Shown in pieces: positions 35,559 to 38,254 of a stretch of 38,254 nucleotides of DNA; the first letter of the stretch is position 1; each line of letters starts with the position of its first letter. A program made the position numbers and the translations under genes. This DNA comes from a virus (lineage: Duplodnaviria; Caudoviricetes), in IMG/VR virus record IMGVR_UViG_3300025610_000007, positions 1 to 38,254 of that record; one strand, written 5' to 3'. Below the pieces are notes generated by a model, which saw only the letters and a list, made by a program, of their open reading frames with translations, did no database searches and had not been told where the DNA came from.

Positions 35559-35977
35559 ACCCAAAGAAAGTAGAATACAATGAGGCGGATACAAGTATGA
35601 CGTATGCAGCCTCTGTTTTAAAAGCAAATAGCGGTCATCCTGAATATACAAATGATATACGGGAAGAAATGCAAGACAAATATCCTGAAACAATAGCATC
35701 TTTTAAAGATGTTACGCAGCTCATGTTAGAGCTTTTTTCAGTTAAGCAGTCTTGTTATGGCCCCGGTAATATCAGCATGGGTGGAAATAAAGAGTTGGCC
35801 TTGCTTGCTCTTTCCATCAGGATGAATGATAAAGTGCAGCGTCTTCTAAACATACTCCACAACAGGGATGGTGAGAACCCTATGGAAAACAGTGAATCCA
35901 TTGAAGATACATTCATGGATTTAGCTGTTTATGGTGTTATTGCTATGACCGTATTTAAAGATAAGTGGGGTAAATAA
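35555..35977 (+). CDS. DUF1599 / nucleotide-modification-associated domain protein
   Basis: KQ..YG..NI, IRMNDKVQRL, ESIEDTFMDLAVYGVI; RBS GAAAGGACAAA. Confidence 0.7.
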   Translation: MNPKKVEYNEADTSMTYAASVLKANSGHPEYTNDIREEMQDKYPETIASFKDVTQLMLELFSVKQSCYGPGNISMGGNKELALLALSIRMNDKVQRLLNILHNRDGENPMENSESIEDTFMDLAVYGVIAMTVFKDKWGK

Positions 35978-36219
35978 TGCACATCATAGATTGGATATTA
36001 GAAAAGCAGTCAAGGTTACATAAGGTAAGGACAGTAAAGTTTAGAGCTAAGCGGAATGCGGACGAACTTATCAAATATTGTAAGCCTTGCAATAGGACAT
36101 GGGAGCATGTTAGGCCCGGAAATAATGTAAAGTCTATTGCTCGATATGAGAATCTTCCAACCTATGGAAAGAAAAAAGAGCTTTGCCCAAGATGTAAGGA
36201 AGATGAAGTTAGTAATTAA
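35977..36219 (+). CDS. Zinc-finger hypothetical protein
   Basis: CKPC...CPRC. Confidence 0.65.
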   Translation: MHIIDWILEKQSRLHKVRTVKFRAKRNADELIKYCKPCNRTWEHVRPGNNVKSIARYENLPTYGKKKELCPRCKEDEVSN

Positions 36220-36367
36220 CATTAAGGACGAAGAGACTTTAAGACGAATCCAAACGAAAATATGGCGCATCTGTCAGCAAAATAATTGTCAGGTGCGCCT
36301 TCAACAGCTTCCAAATGAATCAAAAAGACTTAACCCATACCAAGGAATAAACCTAGATGAAGACTAA
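36203..36367 (+). CDS. Hypothetical protein (start revised to MKLVIN)
   Basis: AAGGA upstream; coupled to neighbours. Confidence 0.5.
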   Translation: MKLVINIKDEETLRRIQTKIWRICQQNNCQVRLQQLPNESKRLNPYQGINLDED

Positions 36368-36506
36368 ATCAAAAAGTAATCCGAACATGAGACAGACCAC
36401 GATTGAATCTGTTTATAGACATTTAATAAAAAAATACAGGAATAAGGGTATTCCTACGGATATACTTGAAAATAGATTATATCAATTACTCACTAAAAGA
36501 GATTAA
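36357..36506 (+). CDS. 49-aa hypothetical protein (not in ORF track)
   Basis: MKTKSKSNPNMRQTTIESVYRHLIKKY...; its stop overlaps the convergent stop. Confidence 0.45.
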   Translation: MKTKSKSNPNMRQTTIESVYRHLIKKYRNKGIPTDILENRLYQLLTKRD

Positions 36507-36637
36507 CTCTTTTTAAGCTTGTCTTTGATTGCTAACCCTACCCACTTTTGCAAAGATATACCGCTTTTTAATGCGGCAATCTTTGCGCTAGTGTGTTCTT
36601 CCGGTGTTATTTCAACTTTTATAAATACTGGTTTCAT
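36503..36637 (-). CDS. Ribbon-helix-helix DNA-binding protein, 44 aa (not in ORF track)
   Basis: MKPVFIKVEITPEEHTSAKIAALKSGISLQKWVGLAIKDKLKKS: beta strand, helix, G-x-S turn, helix, as in Arc/CopG/HicB-type RHH. Confidence 0.7.
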   Translation of the reverse strand: MKPVFIKVEITPEEHTSAKIAALKSGISLQKWVGLAIKDKLKKS

Positions 36638-36652
36638 AGCGTTTAAACGTCT

Positions 36653-37048
36653 TTAGTATAAATCTAAATAATCTTTATACCAACGCCTTCCTTTCTTTTG
36701 GTTGTTCTTTGCCTCCTCAAACGCAATACTTAACGTTTGTTGGCCTTCATACGGAACAAAAATAACTTCATTGATACCTAGTTCCGGTCTTTCGATTGGT
36801 ATGGCTATAAAGTCCGCATTTACGTTTTTATCATTTAAATAAATAATAATAGAAGTTTCTGAATTACCTGACGTAGTATGGAACTTTACTTGTAGTTTTC
36901 TTAATATTCCATCTCTCTCGGCTATCATATCGCAGCCATCAATATCTATTAATGGTTGGTAAACTGTCCAGCCTTCTTGTATTATTTTCATGATTGTCCG
37001 GAGCTCTCCGATGGCTCCCTGTGTTGTGGTGCAGTGTTTGTTTGGCAT
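36653..37048 (-). CDS. PD-(D/E)xK endonuclease-like protein
   Basis: G.IGE, GWTVYQP, D..CDMI, LQVK motifs. Confidence 0.75.
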   Translation of the reverse strand: MPNKHCTTTQGAIGELRTIMKIIQEGWTVYQPLIDIDGCDMIAERDGILRKLQVKFHTTSGNSETSIIIYLNDKNVNADFIAIPIERPELGINEVIFVPYEGQQTLSIAFEEAKNNQKKGRRWYKDYLDLY

Positions 37049-37124
37049 GTGGTTTGTCCTTTTCTACTTTTCACTGTGTTTGTCCTTTACTTGTTTAGAC
37101 CGTTTAAACAGTCTCTTTAATTTA

Positions 37125-37655
37125 CTAATGCAATGTCAATTTGTTTTTTATAACTCTTGGTTCTTCGGTTATAGTATATTTAGTTAAAACCCACTCTATA
37201 CACTTATTTAATAGGTTTTCGTAAAGCATTTGTTCTTCTCCGTCATACGCATAATTATAATGCTTTTCAGGGTCTTTTATTAATTGAATAACTTTGTCTA
37301 AATCATCTGTGATATTTGGTACTGTATATCTTATAGCACTTAATTGGCTCGCCCAATGGTCGTTAGATATTCTTGGATTTGATAGAACGGTTCCATCTCC
37401 TCCGCACCACATACATTCATCTGAATCTTCAAAACAGTCTTCATTGTGACAAGGTTTATTTACTTTATGAGCTATATTGCAGTTACCATTATTATAATAA
37501 TCATAGGTAATATTTGTTACCGCTCTCAATACTTCCCCTTCTTTAGTTTTTGCCTTTCCTTCATGGGGTACTAAGGCCTCCATTAAAATATCATAACTTT
37601 CTTGATGTTTGCCGCCATCGTTCCAATATGTTTTATTATCGTCAAAATTTTTCAT
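37125..37655 (-). CDS. Hypothetical early protein
   Basis: 176 aa; YWN.GKHQ...LVP.EG...GEVLRA...YDYYNNG; Cys cluster; RBS AAGGACAAA. Confidence 0.75.
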   Translation of the reverse strand: MKNFDDNKTYWNDGGKHQESYDILMEALVPHEGKAKTKEGEVLRAVTNITYDYYNNGNCNIAHKVNKPCHNEDCFEDSDECMWCGGDGTVLSNPRISNDHWASQLSAIRYTVPNITDDLDKVIQLIKDPEKHYNYAYDGEEQMLYENLLNKCIEWVLTKYTITEEPRVIKNKLTLH

Positions 37656-37695
37656 GTTATTTGTCCTTATCTTGTTTAAACGTGTTTAATTTACT

Positions 37696-37728
37696 AAAAA
37701 AAATCTTTGCCGGGTTTACCCTCCCGGC
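37696..37728 (-). terminator. Hairpin/attenuator within the early operon
   Basis: GCCGGG-N8-CCCGGC followed by AAAGA and T8 on the minus strand. Confidence 0.45.
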
Positions 37729-37744
37729 TAGGGTTTGCGGTGTC

Positions 37745-38254
37745 CTATCTAAAGGCGTACTGATTTGCCTCGTGATTTCTTTGTAGTTTGCGGTACATCT
37801 CTTGTACTTTTTTGTATGTTTCGTTGTTCTCTTTGACTATTGTTTCGCAGTCCTCTAACGCAGCAAAATACTCGTTTCTTATTTTGTGTATTAATTTGTA
37901 GTCTGTGTATCTCTTGTTCCATCTGAAATTTTTTACATCTTCATCTACAAAAGCTTCTTTATCTCCATATTTTATATCAGCCAAATGAATCTCAAAGTAA
38001 TTGCCCCAGCCATGCAGCTCCCTACCGCACTCCTCGCCCTTCAGGCCAGTGCCTTGGAATCTTATGGTATCCTTTGGATTATGATGAGCAAAGCCGCCCC
38101 CTAAATATGTGCCTTTGAATTTCTCTTCAGGCAATATCTTGGAAAGTTCTTTATCCAGTGCGGTTGTGATATGCTTTGTTACTTTCTTGCCTTGGTATCT
38201 TTCAATAATAGGCATAGCAGCAGCCGCAAGCTCTACTCTGTAATTGAACTGTTC
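37745..38254 (-). CDS. 3' part of the hypothetical early gene that starts at 190
   Basis: Open frame continues through the terminal overlap. Confidence 0.85.
   Translation of the reverse strand, partial: EQFNYRVELAAAAMPIIERYQGKKVTKHITTALDKELSKILPEEKFKGTYLGGGFAHHNPKDTIRFQGTGLKGEECGRELHGWGNYFEIHLADIKYGDKEAFVDEDVKNFRWNKRYTDYKLIHKIRNEYFAALEDCETIVKENNETYKKVQEMYRKLQRNHEANQYAFR
38128..38254. repeat. Terminal direct repeat, right copy
   Basis: Identical to 1-127. Confidence 0.95.

Overview
This window looks like one complete, circularly assembled temperate podovirus-like phage genome of about 38.1 kb. Bases 1-127 repeat exactly at 38128-38254, GC is roughly 35% by eye, and the gene content resembles marine phages; the host cannot be determined. 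Layout: (1) a leftward early operon wrapping the junction (SprT-like protease, hypotheticals, PD-(D/E)xK nuclease, small ribbon-helix-helix protein) behind a consensus sigma70 promoter; (2) packaging and head genes; (3) tail and ejection genes, including a 2215-aa polyvalent protein with an ADP-ribosyltransferase-like domain; (4) two LamG fibre proteins; (5) a lysis cassette with an M15 endolysin; (6) attP (3' half of tRNA-Val(TAC)), tyrosine integrase, repressor and Xis-like gene; (7) a replication/recombination operon with an iteron origin. The most unusual signal is a candidate regulatory circuit. The repressor has an XRE HTH fused to a PAS-like domain instead of an S24 peptidase, and may have an internal start. 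Nine translation starts, including int, most leftward early genes and that internal start, share an extended AAGGACAA RBS, and two related hairpins expose unpaired loops antisense to such RBSs. Other signals: a three-copy TTGTCA-N21-TATARY late promoter, 19 GTTTAAAC palindromes, apparent absence of GATC and CCWGG, and a probable overprinted gene inside the polyvalent protein. All family calls come from recognising motifs by eye; no searches were run.
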